Origin: an uncultured bacterium
GTDB lineage: Bacteria > Hydrogenedentota > Hydrogenedentia > Hydrogenedentales > JAEUWI01
Length of the DNA: 64,000 nucleotides
Reading direction: 5' to 3'
Assembly: GCA_963977445.1 (NCBI GenBank)
Contig: CAXBPH010000001.1
Coordinates: 1-64,000 of the forward strand
This document shows positions 28,031-37,545 of this stretch, piece after piece. The notes under the pieces were generated by a model. That model had not been told where the DNA came from and made no database searches. It saw only the letters and a list, made by a program, of their open reading frames with translations. Within the stretch, counting starts at the first letter, position 1, and the number at the start of each line of letters is the position of its first letter. The translations under genes were made by a program, and so were the position numbers.

Positions 28031-29806
28031 GTGGCACGAAAACGTTTTATATGGCAGATTTTTCCTGCCTTCCTCCTCATCACCCTGTTCTCCCTGCTCC
28101 TGGTGGCCTACTACGTGACGAAAACGGTAGAGGACCTCCACCTACGACACACCGAGTCCGATCTTATTTCCCGGGCCCGACTGCTCGCTCCACTTGCCTC
28201 TCAATATGACCCAAACGGAGATATCAATGCCCTACGAGCCCGTTGCAAGGTCTTGGGGGAAGACTCCGCAACCCGGATTACCCTGATCTTGCGTGATGGG
28301 CGGGTCATTGCCGATTCCCACGAATTGGCGGAACAAATGACCGACCACGCCAATCGCCCGGAAATCATAGAGGCCTACGAGGGCAAGGTCGGGAGCGTCG
28401 TTCGATTCAGTCACACCCTGAATACACGCATGATGTATGTCGCCATTCCGGCCTCCGCCAAAGCCGATAGCCTGATTGTTCGGGTAGCCATCCCGGTGAC
28501 CGCCATCGGTGATACGTTGCACGTGGTCTATGCCCGCATGTTATTTATTGTGCTCGCCGTCACCACCCTCGCCGCCATGCTGAGCTGGTTTGTCTCCCGG
28601 CGCGTAATGCAACCCCTCGCGGCCTTGAAGACGGGTGCCGAACGATTTGCCCAGGGCCAATTGGAACAGCCCCTGCCCATTCCGGAGTCCGAGGAATTCG
28701 CCCGGCTGACCGAAGCCCTCAATCTAATGGCACGACAACTGGCGGACCATATTCAGTTCGTAGAACAACAACGAAATGAGCAGCAGGCCATCCTTTCCAG
28801 CATGGTTGAAAGCGTGGTGGCGGTCGATAGTAATTTGCGCATCATCACCGTTAACCAGGCGGCAATCTCCCTCCTGGGAGTGGACCCGGAAACCATCAAG
28901 GGGCGACCACTCATCGAGGCCATTCGCAATACCGCCCTTCATGCCTTCGCGCAGGAGGTTCTCAAGAGCCAGGGCGTGGTGGAAACGGAATTCAGGTTTG
29001 GAACGAGTGAATCGATCCTTCTCAAAGCACAGGGCACCGTGCTCCGGGATTCGACCCATGGCTCGATGGGTGCCGTAGTCGTCTTAAACAATGTAACCCG
29101 ACTTCACCAGCTGGAAGCCGTACGCCAGGACTTTGTCGCAAACGTATCCCACGAACTCAAGACACCTATCACCTCCATCAAGGGTTTTGTGGAGACCCTG
29201 CTAGACGACCCCAATGCCCGCCCCGAAGATACGCGGCATTTCCTGCAAATCATCGAAAAGCAGGCCAATCGCCTGGATGCAATCATCGAAGACTTGCTGG
29301 CCCTGTCCCGTCTCGAAGACGATAATGGACATGCCTCGCTCGCGGTAGAGCCCACCCCACTGACCCCGATCATCGACGCAGCCGCCGAACTCTGTCAGCA
29401 TCAGGCCGACCTTCGTGGTGTCCGGATTCAGTTGGAATGTCCCGAGGGACTTCAGGTTGCCGCAAGCCCCGCCTTGTTGGAACAGGGACTGGTAAACCTC
29501 ATAAACAACGCTATCAAGTACAGCGAAGGCGGCCAGACCATAATCGTCCATGCCCATGCGCAGGATGGCGCCATTATTCTGGACGTCATCGACGAGGGCG
29601 TGGGTATTCCAGCCAATGAGCTCGAACGAATCTTTGAACGGTTCTACCGTGTCGACCGGGCCCGAAGTCGTGAATTAGGCGGCACCGGCCTGGGCCTGTC
29701 CATCGTAAAACACATTGCCCACGTTCATAAGGGAACGGTCTCCGTTTCCAGTACCCTCGGCGAAGGCAGCACCTTCAGCCTCTCCCTGCCCATTCGGTCA
29801 GAATAA
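28031..29806 (+). CDS. phoR: PhoR-like sensor histidine kinase (HAMP-PAS-HisKA-HATPase)
   Basis: HANRPEI, DFVANVSHELKTPITSIKGFVETL and FERFYRVDRARSRELGGTGLGLSIVKH motifs. Confidence 0.8.
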   Translation: MARKRFIWQIFPAFLLITLFSLLLVAYYVTKTVEDLHLRHTESDLISRARLLAPLASQYDPNGDINALRARCKVLGEDSATRITLILRDGRVIADSHELAEQMTDHANRPEIIEAYEGKVGSVVRFSHTLNTRMMYVAIPASAKADSLIVRVAIPVTAIGDTLHVVYARMLFIVLAVTTLAAMLSWFVSRRVMQPLAALKTGAERFAQGQLEQPLPIPESEEFARLTEALNLMARQLADHIQFVEQQRNEQQAILSSMVESVVAVDSNLRIITVNQAAISLLGVDPETIKGRPLIEAIRNTALHAFAQEVLKSQGVVETEFRFGTSESILLKAQGTVLRDSTHGSMGAVVVLNNVTRLHQLEAVRQDFVANVSHELKTPITSIKGFVETLLDDPNARPEDTRHFLQIIEKQANRLDAIIEDLLALSRLEDDNGHASLAVEPTPLTPIIDAAAELCQHQADLRGVRIQLECPEGLQVAASPALLEQGLVNLINNAIKYSEGGQTIIVHAHAQDGAIILDVIDEGVGIPANELERIFERFYRVDRARSRELGGTGLGLSIVKHIAHVHKGTVSVSSTLGEGSTFSLSLPIRSE

Positions 29807-30421
29807 CGACGTTTCGATACGCTGTGCCAAAGCGTCGCCCCCCAACGTTAAGGGGTGCCGAATCCCCACGTCAAACGCCCGTCAGGTAGCGCTTCTACGC
29901 CAATAATTTTTGTGTTGCCCCCCCTTCAATTTAGCAGACACCGAACTGGACGCGATAACACCCACAAACCAACGCAACACATCATTCAATGCTGCGGCAA
30001 GTCGTCACCCAAAACACATTGCTTAGCAATGCATACCGCCACAAATCGTCCTATGTCATCCCGGAAAGTGGCCCAGACACGCTCTGTTTTTCCTGCCTTT
30101 TCTTCACACACAAGATATATCGCCAGCTAATCATAGACTAATGGTCGATGGATACACTGTCACGTATTGCAGCGTCGGTGCATCGATGCTGTCTTGGGAA
30201 GAACACAGGTGTCGGCTGCACGCTAACAATCCCGGGTTGCGTAGCACCAATACCCTGAGACTTCCATGTCATTTAGTGCCTGGCCGTCGGTACGGAAATC
30301 CTTCCGGCTCCGGGCTAAAGCAGTCATCCAACGTTTGGCGGTGCCGACAGGGGTCGCATCGCCCCAAGTGATCAACGCTATCGAATTTATTCGGTGACAT
30401 GTAAGTGAAGGAGAACTAAAA

Positions 30422-31876
30422 ATGTCGAAATGGCACAATTTGGGATGTGCCTGCTGTCTGACAGCAATTGCATTCTTCGGACTGACAACAACGGCTGGTG
30501 CACAAGATGCGTCGCAGCGTGAAAAAGACTTGCTGATCCTCGTTGAAGCCCTCAAGGAGCGGGTCCAGGCCCTGGAAGACAAGACAGCTGCATCGGAAAT
30601 GGCCGCCCCGGTTGAAGCAGGCCCCATTGTCGAACGGGTGGAAGCCCTGGAACAGGCAATTGACGAGAAGAAAGCCGGAAGCGACAACGACTTCCGGGTC
30701 TTCTGGAAGAGCGGACTCAATTTCGAGACCAACGACGGCACCACAAAACTGAAAATTGGTGGGCGCATTCACAATGACTGGTACTGGTTTGACCAGGACA
30801 GCAGCCTTCAGCGCATGGTTGACCTGGAAGACGGTACCGAGTTTCGACGTGGACGAGTCTATATTTCCGGCACCCTCTACGAAAACATCAAGTTCAAGTT
30901 TCAGTATGACTTTGCTGACGGTGATGTGGACTTCAAAGATGTCTATATGGAGATTGCCAAGTTACCTGGTATCGGCAACCTGAGAATTGGTCATTTCAAA
31001 GAGCCCTTCAGCCTCGAAGAATTGACCAGTTCGAATGACGCGACCTTTATGGAACGTGCCCTGCCCAATATCTTCGCCCCGAGCCGCAACACCGGTATCA
31101 TGGCCCACAACGCCTTCCTCGGCGAGAAAAAACACGAACGCATGACGGCGGCCCTCGGTATCTTCCGCACCACAGACGACTATGGTAATGATGCGGATGA
31201 TGGCGGCTACAGCGTCACGGCCCGCGTAACCGGGTTGCCCTGGTATGAAGAAGACGGGCGAAAACTCGTCCACCTCGGTGCGGCCTACACCCACCGCAAC
31301 CCCGATGGCGATGTACGATTGCGCCAGCGTCCGGAATCCCATGGTGCTGCACGTTTCGTGGACACGGGTGCCGTTGACACCGACGCCATCGATTCCTTCG
31401 TGTTGGAAGGAGCCCTCGTTCTCGGTGCGTTCTCCCTGCAGGGTGAATATTTCTTCAATGACTTCGATACCGAGTTTCTGGGCGACCACGACTTTGATGG
31501 TTATTATGTCCAGGCCAGTTACTTCCTCACCGGCGAACACCGTCCCTATAAGAATGCAGACGCCAAATTTGACCGCGTCGTTCCCAACAACAATTTCAAA
31601 GTTCACGGTGAAGAACGCGGTTGGGGTGCCTGGGAAGTGGCCCTGCGCTATTCCCACATCGACCTCGATGATGGCTACACCTCTTTCTGGGACCGGGCCT
31701 TCGGATATAACGATCAGATCCGTGGTGGCGAAGAAGACAACATCACCATCGGTTTGAATTGGCACCTCAATCCCAACACGCGCATCATGTGGAACTACAT
31801 CCACGCCGACCTCGACAGCAACGTCTATGACGGCGATTTGAATATCTTCCAGACCCGATTCCAGGTGGCTTTCTAA
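30422..31876 (+). CDS. Phosphate-selective porin OprO/OprP family
   Basis: GTEFRR, GHFKEPFSLEELTS, FMERA, SYFLTGEHRPY, GAWEVALRYS and GLNWHLNP motifs; C-terminal Phe. Confidence 0.9.
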   Translation: MSKWHNLGCACCLTAIAFFGLTTTAGAQDASQREKDLLILVEALKERVQALEDKTAASEMAAPVEAGPIVERVEALEQAIDEKKAGSDNDFRVFWKSGLNFETNDGTTKLKIGGRIHNDWYWFDQDSSLQRMVDLEDGTEFRRGRVYISGTLYENIKFKFQYDFADGDVDFKDVYMEIAKLPGIGNLRIGHFKEPFSLEELTSSNDATFMERALPNIFAPSRNTGIMAHNAFLGEKKHERMTAALGIFRTTDDYGNDADDGGYSVTARVTGLPWYEEDGRKLVHLGAAYTHRNPDGDVRLRQRPESHGAARFVDTGAVDTDAIDSFVLEGALVLGAFSLQGEYFFNDFDTEFLGDHDFDGYYVQASYFLTGEHRPYKNADAKFDRVVPNNNFKVHGEERGWGAWEVALRYSHIDLDDGYTSFWDRAFGYNDQIRGGEEDNITIGLNWHLNPNTRIMWNYIHADLDSNVYDGDLNIFQTRFQVAF

Positions 31877-32384
31877 GTCCACGCGGAACAGACCGCATTT
31901 CCCAGGAACATAACGGAGTATCCGGTGCAGCACACGCTTCGTTGGATTGCCGCCCGTTTGGCAGCCGACTTGCATGCGAGTGTTGCCCCGCAGATGACGT
32001 CGAAAAAGACCGGCCCTTCTTTTTCAGGGGCCAGGGGTCGGCGGAAAACTCGACAGCATCGGATCCGATACGCGCAGCAACTTTAAGACGTACTGGGCCG
32101 AGTCCATGGGTGAACGCCGCCTGAAGGTGTACATACAGATGAAAGGCAAGTGGGCCCACACGGCACCACCTGCCTTCATCTGTAGAACCGCACAACGGGA
32201 CTCCATGTCTCATACGATGACGCTACCCTGAGGGAGATGAAATTCGAAAAGGGATACGAATTCAAGCCCCGGGCCATTGTCCCGCCTATCGCATTGACTC
32301 TCTCCGGCCGGGGGGCGATAATACGAAAGCGTCATTTCGGACGTCCAACGTATTATTTATAACCCATCGAGAGCATACACCTTC

Positions 32385-33350
32385 ATGAGAAGTAAGGGAT
32401 TCACCCTCATCGAGTTACTCGTCGTCATTGCGATCATCGGCGTCCTCGCCGCCATCCTGCTCCCTGCCCTGGCACGCGCCCGGGAGGCCGCACGGCGCGC
32501 CAGTTGCCAGGGAAACATGAAGCAGTTCGGCCTGGTTTTCAAAATGTACACCAACGAATCGAAGGGGGAGCACTTCCCACCACTCTCTCCCTACGGCAGC
32601 GTGCGGCCCGATTTGCGCTCCAGTCCCTTGTGGAGCTCCCCCCACGCCCGCACCATTTTCCCCGAATACCTGAGCGACTTGGGTGTGGCCGCGTGTCCCT
32701 CCGACAGTGGCGCCGACCCCGGCTGGGCCAGTGTGCTGCCGCGGGTGCCCAATGACGGGGGCAATTTCGAAAGTTGGAAGGCGGCCGCCGAAGCCGTGAA
32801 TGACCGGGACTCCGTCGACTACTTCATCAGCGGCGAACTCAGCCGCTCCTATATCTACAAGGGCTATGCCATTAAAAATATCCCCGAGTTTTACGGCTTT
32901 TGGGGGGCCAGCTCCATCAATGAAATCTCGGGCGATGTGGACATTTTGGGCGTGGGCACCGTACACCTGAAGAACTACGAGGACGACCTCAGCTTTGACT
33001 ACAGCCCCTGGCCGCCCTGGGTCCCGAACGTGCCAGACGCTTCGGGCACCGCTGGCGGCGACACGATCCTACGCCTTCGCGAAGGCATCGAGCGATTCAT
33101 GATTACCGACATCAACAACGCGAGTGCGGGCGCCCAGGGTCAGAGCCTCATCCCCATCTTGTGGGACACCTTTGGAAGCAGCGAGTTTGGCGACAATGCC
33201 GTGGGTACCGTTACCTTCAACCACCTCCCCGGCGGCTGCAACGTCCTCTACATGGACGGCCACGTGGAGTTCATCAAATACGGCGATAAATTCCCCATAT
33301 CCGATGACGACCAGGTGGTAAAAGAAAACAGCCACTATGGCTTGGGGTAG
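32385..33350 (+). CDS. DUF1559 prepilin-type N-methylation protein with H-X9-DG motif
   Basis: [36 protein letters not shown] at the N-terminus; [17 protein letters not shown] near the C-terminus. Confidence 0.92.
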   Translation: MRSKGFTLIELLVVIAIIGVLAAILLPALARAREAARRASCQGNMKQFGLVFKMYTNESKGEHFPPLSPYGSVRPDLRSSPLWSSPHARTIFPEYLSDLGVAACPSDSGADPGWASVLPRVPNDGGNFESWKAAAEAVNDRDSVDYFISGELSRSYIYKGYAIKNIPEFYGFWGASSINEISGDVDILGVGTVHLKNYEDDLSFDYSPWPPWVPNVPDASGTAGGDTILRLREGIERFMITDINNASAGAQGQSLIPILWDTFGSSEFGDNAVGTVTFNHLPGGCNVLYMDGHVEFIKYGDKFPISDDDQVVKENSHYGLG

Positions 33351-33430
33351 ACGACCGCGAGAAAAGGCAGCCGGTCGCGCTGACCGCGCACAATTCCCAT
33401 AGAGGCAGCCTGAGCTTATAAAGACGCGCT

Positions 33431-33607
33431 AACGTGGGTTGGGCTTCCAGCCTGACATGGCGTGTGGAAGAGTTTCCTGGGAGCGTCCAACTCCTGGCAC
33501 GAGCACGATGGGGTTACCCTGTGCTGATGCCAAGTCGGCCGAATGAATCGGGCTTCCTTCGAGATCTTGAGCGGCTGTCATCTCAGGCTGGAAGCCTAAG
33601 CCACGTT
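33431..33607. repeat. REP-like inverted repeat pair between convergent genes
   Basis: aacgtgggttgggcttccagcctga (33431-33455) / tcaggctggaagcctaagccacgtt (33583-33607), 23/25 complementary. Confidence 0.75.
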
Positions 33608-33647
33608 GGTTCACGGTCCCATTCAACGAGGCGATTCTTGTCCGCCC

Positions 33648-34631
33648 TTACGCCCCAGCGACTTCCAAGGGCTGCAAGCCCAATTTGTCGAACAACGCCT
33701 TGTCCCGATCCACGCCGGGGTTGGCTGTTGTGAGAAGCTTTTCGCCCGCGAAGATAGAATTCGCGCCAGCAAGAAAACAGAGGGCCTGGGTTTCGTCCGT
33801 CATGGACGTGCGTCCTGCGCTGAGGCGGACCATGCTGGCGGGCATGGCAAGACGGGCCGTAGCAATCATGCGGACCATGACGATGGGGTCGACGGGCTCC
33901 TGCTTTTCGAGGGGCGTACCTTCTACGGCAACGAGGGCGTTGATGGGCACACTCTCGGGATGGGGATTGTGACCCGCAAGAACGGCCAACATGGCGATGC
34001 GATCTTTTACCGTCTCCCCCATGCCCACGATACCGCCGGAACAGACGGTGACACCGGCATTGCGCACGTTTTGAATGGTCCGCAAGCGGTCATCATAGGT
34101 GCGGGTGGAGATAATTTTCTCGTAATATTCGGGGCCCGTGTCGAGATTGTGGTTGTAGGCGTCCAGACCGGCTTCGGCGAGGCGTTTGGCCTGGTCTTCG
34201 TTGACCATACCGAGCGTGCAGCAGGCTTCCATACCGAGGGCCTTTACACCGCGCACCATCTCCAACACCTGGTCAAACTGCTCGCCATCGCGCACTTCGC
34301 GCCAGGCCGCACCCATGCAAAAACGGGTAGAACCACTCTCTTTCGCTGATTTCGCCGCCGCAAGTGCTCCTTCCACATCGATAAGGGGTTCTTTTTCCAA
34401 ATCGGTGTTGTAGTGAGCGCTCTGGGGACAATAGGAGCAATCCTCCGGACAGGCACCGGTCTTGATGCTCAACAACGTGCATTGCTGCACTTTGTTGGGA
34501 TCGTGAAACTGCCGGTGAACAGTCTGGGCCTGAAAAACCAACTCGGTGAGGGGCAGGTCATAGATAGCCTGCAATTCGGCTTCAGTCCAGTCGTGACGGA
34601 GGGCGTTTGCCCCTTCGAAAGTCGTATTCAT
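33648..34631 (-). CDS. bioB: Biotin synthase
   Basis: [47 protein letters not shown] and AGANSIF motifs. Confidence 0.97.
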   Translation of the reverse strand: MNTTFEGANALRHDWTEAELQAIYDLPLTELVFQAQTVHRQFHDPNKVQQCTLLSIKTGACPEDCSYCPQSAHYNTDLEKEPLIDVEGALAAAKSAKESGSTRFCMGAAWREVRDGEQFDQVLEMVRGVKALGMEACCTLGMVNEDQAKRLAEAGLDAYNHNLDTGPEYYEKIISTRTYDDRLRTIQNVRNAGVTVCSGGIVGMGETVKDRIAMLAVLAGHNPHPESVPINALVAVEGTPLEKQEPVDPIVMVRMIATARLAMPASMVRLSAGRTSMTDETQALCFLAGANSIFAGEKLLTTANPGVDRDKALFDKLGLQPLEVAGA

Positions 34632-34835
34632 TATAAATAACCGCTCCTCGGGAAAATGCTGTTTTGTACGTGAAGGCCATAAGGATAGCACGTTTCAGGG
34701 GCCTTGTGCCTCCTGTTGCCCATCACGGCATTGACTTTCACGCCCTGCCGATTCAGAGCTTTTCCCGGTGGGTATAGAATCTGTTAGGCTGACCACCAAC
34801 GGCACATGACCAGAAACAACAAAAGGATTGCTACC

Positions 34836-36374
34836 ATGCCACGGCACCTGAACCGTCTTCCCCTATGTTGTCTGCTTTCCCTCTCTTTCGCGGCAACATC
34901 GGTTGCAGTCGCGGAGGAATCCGACGCGAACAAGGTCCTCCTCATCGTGCTCGATGGACTGCGGCCCGATTACGTCACCGAGGAGCGGATGCCCAATCTC
35001 TATGCCTGGGGCCGGGATGGCGTGGTATTTGAGAAACACCACGCCACCTTCCCCACGGTGACCCGTGTAAACTCCCCGTCCATCGCCACAGGCACCTACC
35101 CCAACCAGCATGGTATCGCCGACAACAGCGTGTATTTTCCGACCATCGAGCCAGACAAGACCCTCAGCACGGCAAGTCGTGGTGATTTACAGCGTATCGA
35201 AGCCGCAACGGGCGGCCACCTCCTCACGGTCGAATCCATGGGCGAATATCTCGCGGGACAGGGCATGAAGCTGGGCGTATTCAGCTCGGGCTCTCATGGC
35301 TCGGCCTTCCTCCTAAACCACAAAGTCCCCAACGGTGCCATCATCAACACCGGCTTTATTCTGCCCGAGTCCCTCGCCGAAACCCTGGGTCCCCAACTCG
35401 GTGAAGAGCCGGCCGACGGCGCACCCAATACGGCACGCAACAATCGGGTAGTCGATGCTTACCTCGACTATGGCCTCAACGAACTCAAGGCCCCACTGAC
35501 GATCATGTGGCTCAGTGACCCCGACCACACGGCCCACGAATATGGCATGGACAGCCCGGAAAACTACGCGGCGCTCCGCGGGGTGGACGACGCCCTCGGA
35601 CGCATCGCCGCAACGCTCGAATCCCGGGGCCTCCTCGAATCCACCAATATCATGGTGACGTCTGACCACGGATTTTCCACCCACACCCTCGAAGAAGACC
35701 CCCGCCAGGTGTTGCATGATTTTGTTGCCACCCACCATCTGGCCCCGGAGGATATTATCGTAACCGGGGCGACCATCTACCTGCGGGAGGCCGCAAAGCC
35801 CCTTCTGGGTGAGCTGGTAGAGACGCTTCAGCGAACCCCATGGGTGGGCCCCCTCTTTACCAAGGCCAAGTCGCCGCAGAGCATCGAAGGCGTGGTGCCC
35901 GGCACCCTGTCGCTCGGTGTGATTCATGCCGATCACCCGGAGCGCGCTCCCGACATCGTTTTCTCGCCCAAGTGGACCGATGACAAGACCGGGCCCTTCA
36001 GCGGCACCGTTGCCACAAGCGGTGTTGCCGGTCATGGCAGTGCCAGTCCCTGGGACATACACAATGCCCTTATCGCCCGGGGCCCCGCTTTTGAACAGGG
36101 CATATTAATCGGTACACCGACGCACAATACGGACCTGGCACCGACCGTCTGCCACCTGCTGGGTCTGGCCGTTCCCCCCACCCAGGTGGGTCGGGTTCTC
36201 TTCGAAGGCTTGCGTGAAGAGACGCCCCAACTGCCCGAGACCGTCACAACGCGTACCCTCCGCACCACACGGACCTTTGACGACGGCACCCAATACGTCA
36301 TGGAAGTGGAGCTGAGCCGCTATCGAGGCATCGAATACCTCGACCAGGCGTCGGCCACAAAGATCGCCCCCTGA
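34836..36374 (+). CDS. Exported alkaline phosphatase superfamily protein (nucleotide pyrophosphatase/phosphodiesterase-like)
   Basis: Signal peptide; LDGLRPD, PTVTRVN, DPDHTAH and TSDHG motifs. Confidence 0.85.
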   Translation: MPRHLNRLPLCCLLSLSFAATSVAVAEESDANKVLLIVLDGLRPDYVTEERMPNLYAWGRDGVVFEKHHATFPTVTRVNSPSIATGTYPNQHGIADNSVYFPTIEPDKTLSTASRGDLQRIEAATGGHLLTVESMGEYLAGQGMKLGVFSSGSHGSAFLLNHKVPNGAIINTGFILPESLAETLGPQLGEEPADGAPNTARNNRVVDAYLDYGLNELKAPLTIMWLSDPDHTAHEYGMDSPENYAALRGVDDALGRIAATLESRGLLESTNIMVTSDHGFSTHTLEEDPRQVLHDFVATHHLAPEDIIVTGATIYLREAAKPLLGELVETLQRTPWVGPLFTKAKSPQSIEGVVPGTLSLGVIHADHPERAPDIVFSPKWTDDKTGPFSGTVATSGVAGHGSASPWDIHNALIARGPAFEQGILIGTPTHNTDLAPTVCHLLGLAVPPTQVGRVLFEGLREETPQLPETVTTRTLRTTRTFDDGTQYVMEVELSRYRGIEYLDQASATKIAP

Positions 36375-37283
36375 CTATACGATGCCGCAACCTTTGGGCC
36401 GAATCATGCGCACGGGCCAGTCAAGCAGGGTAAAAGTGCCCGGAAGCTGACCGGCGGGGTCGCCATCGATCTGCATCAGGACGGGCTTGTCGCTGTCGGC
36501 GGGTTCCAGGAGCACGGTCTGGCCCTGGCAATAGGTAATCCAGGACGCATCGACAAAGTTTGGATTCCAGACCCGAAACACAAGCCAGAGCAGCCGCCCC
36601 CAACTCAGTTTGCGCATGATACAAACATCCAGTTGATGATCATTGATCACCGATTGGGGCGTTGCCGGAAAAACCCCAGCAGAGTAGCGACAGTTGCCTA
36701 CGATTACATACTCACCGTCTTCGGCTACAACCGCGCCATCCACCGTTACTCGAATATGCGGATAGTCATAGCCGAATACCACGCGGAGTGAGGGGCCCAC
36801 CCACTTCATGAGATTCGACTTGCGGCCACGTCCCGAATGCACCGCGTGGGCCACCGCCGCATCCAGGCCGGCGCCGGCACCGAGGAGAAATCGCTGCTCA
36901 CCATGGAGCCCCACGTCCATGTCGATGTAGTTGCCCGCCACGATGGCATCGGCGACAGTAGCGACCTTGGAGCGCATACCCATTTCCCGGGCCACTACAT
37001 TCGCCGTTCCCACCGGCAAAATCGCAAGGGCACAGGTAAATCTTTCGGGAAGCCCATTGAGCACCTCGTTCAAGGTGCCATCTCCCCCGACCACCACCAC
37101 GACATCGGCGGTCGTCTGGCCTGCCTCAACGCGCCCGTCACCGGCCTTGGAGGTGCAGAACAGGGTGGTTTCGACACCCCGCAATATCAGGGCAGCTTCC
37201 AGGGCAAGTGCTTTTGCCTTCCCCTTACCACCACCGGCCACGGGATTGGCAATAATATGTGCATTACGTATTTCGACGTTCAT
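36375..37283 (-). CDS. Diacylglycerol kinase family lipid kinase
   Basis: NPVAGGG, GGDGTLNEV, LPVGTANV and QIDGD motifs. Confidence 0.9.
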   Translation of the reverse strand: MNVEIRNAHIIANPVAGGGKGKAKALALEAALILRGVETTLFCTSKAGDGRVEAGQTTADVVVVVGGDGTLNEVLNGLPERFTCALAILPVGTANVVAREMGMRSKVATVADAIVAGNYIDMDVGLHGEQRFLLGAGAGLDAAVAHAVHSGRGRKSNLMKWVGPSLRVVFGYDYPHIRVTVDGAVVAEDGEYVIVGNCRYSAGVFPATPQSVINDHQLDVCIMRKLSWGRLLWLVFRVWNPNFVDASWITYCQGQTVLLEPADSDKPVLMQIDGDPAGQLPGTFTLLDWPVRMIRPKGCGIV

Positions 37284-37545
37284 ACAGTAGGATCTACTTT
37301 CTCGTGGTATCAGACGGGATTGATCGCAGGTCGCGCGGTCGTCTCGCCGATGGACTTCCTGCACTTTCCTTGACCACATAGCGCCCCCATGGCATCGCAA
37401 AGGCAGTCTAACGAATATATTGGTGGAATTGCGAACCAAAGCACGACTGCCCCGAGGGTGTAGCACGCGCCCGCCCAATGCTTCGCTCACAAGCGCAGAT
37501 AGGGTATGATAGAGCCGAATCAAGGCACCTTCAGGATAGGAATGA

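Noticed and set aside
30280..30350. c-di-GMP-I riboswitch (ctccgggctaaa...gtgccga resembles its 3' half)
   Set aside because: The 5' GGCAAA / GAAA tetraloop / GACGCAAA elements are absent; it cannot be called without an Rfam scan.
32134..32184. Hairpin tacagatgaaaggc...gccttcatctgta as an ncRNA or riboswitch
   Set aside because: Isolated imperfect stem with no family-specific motif.
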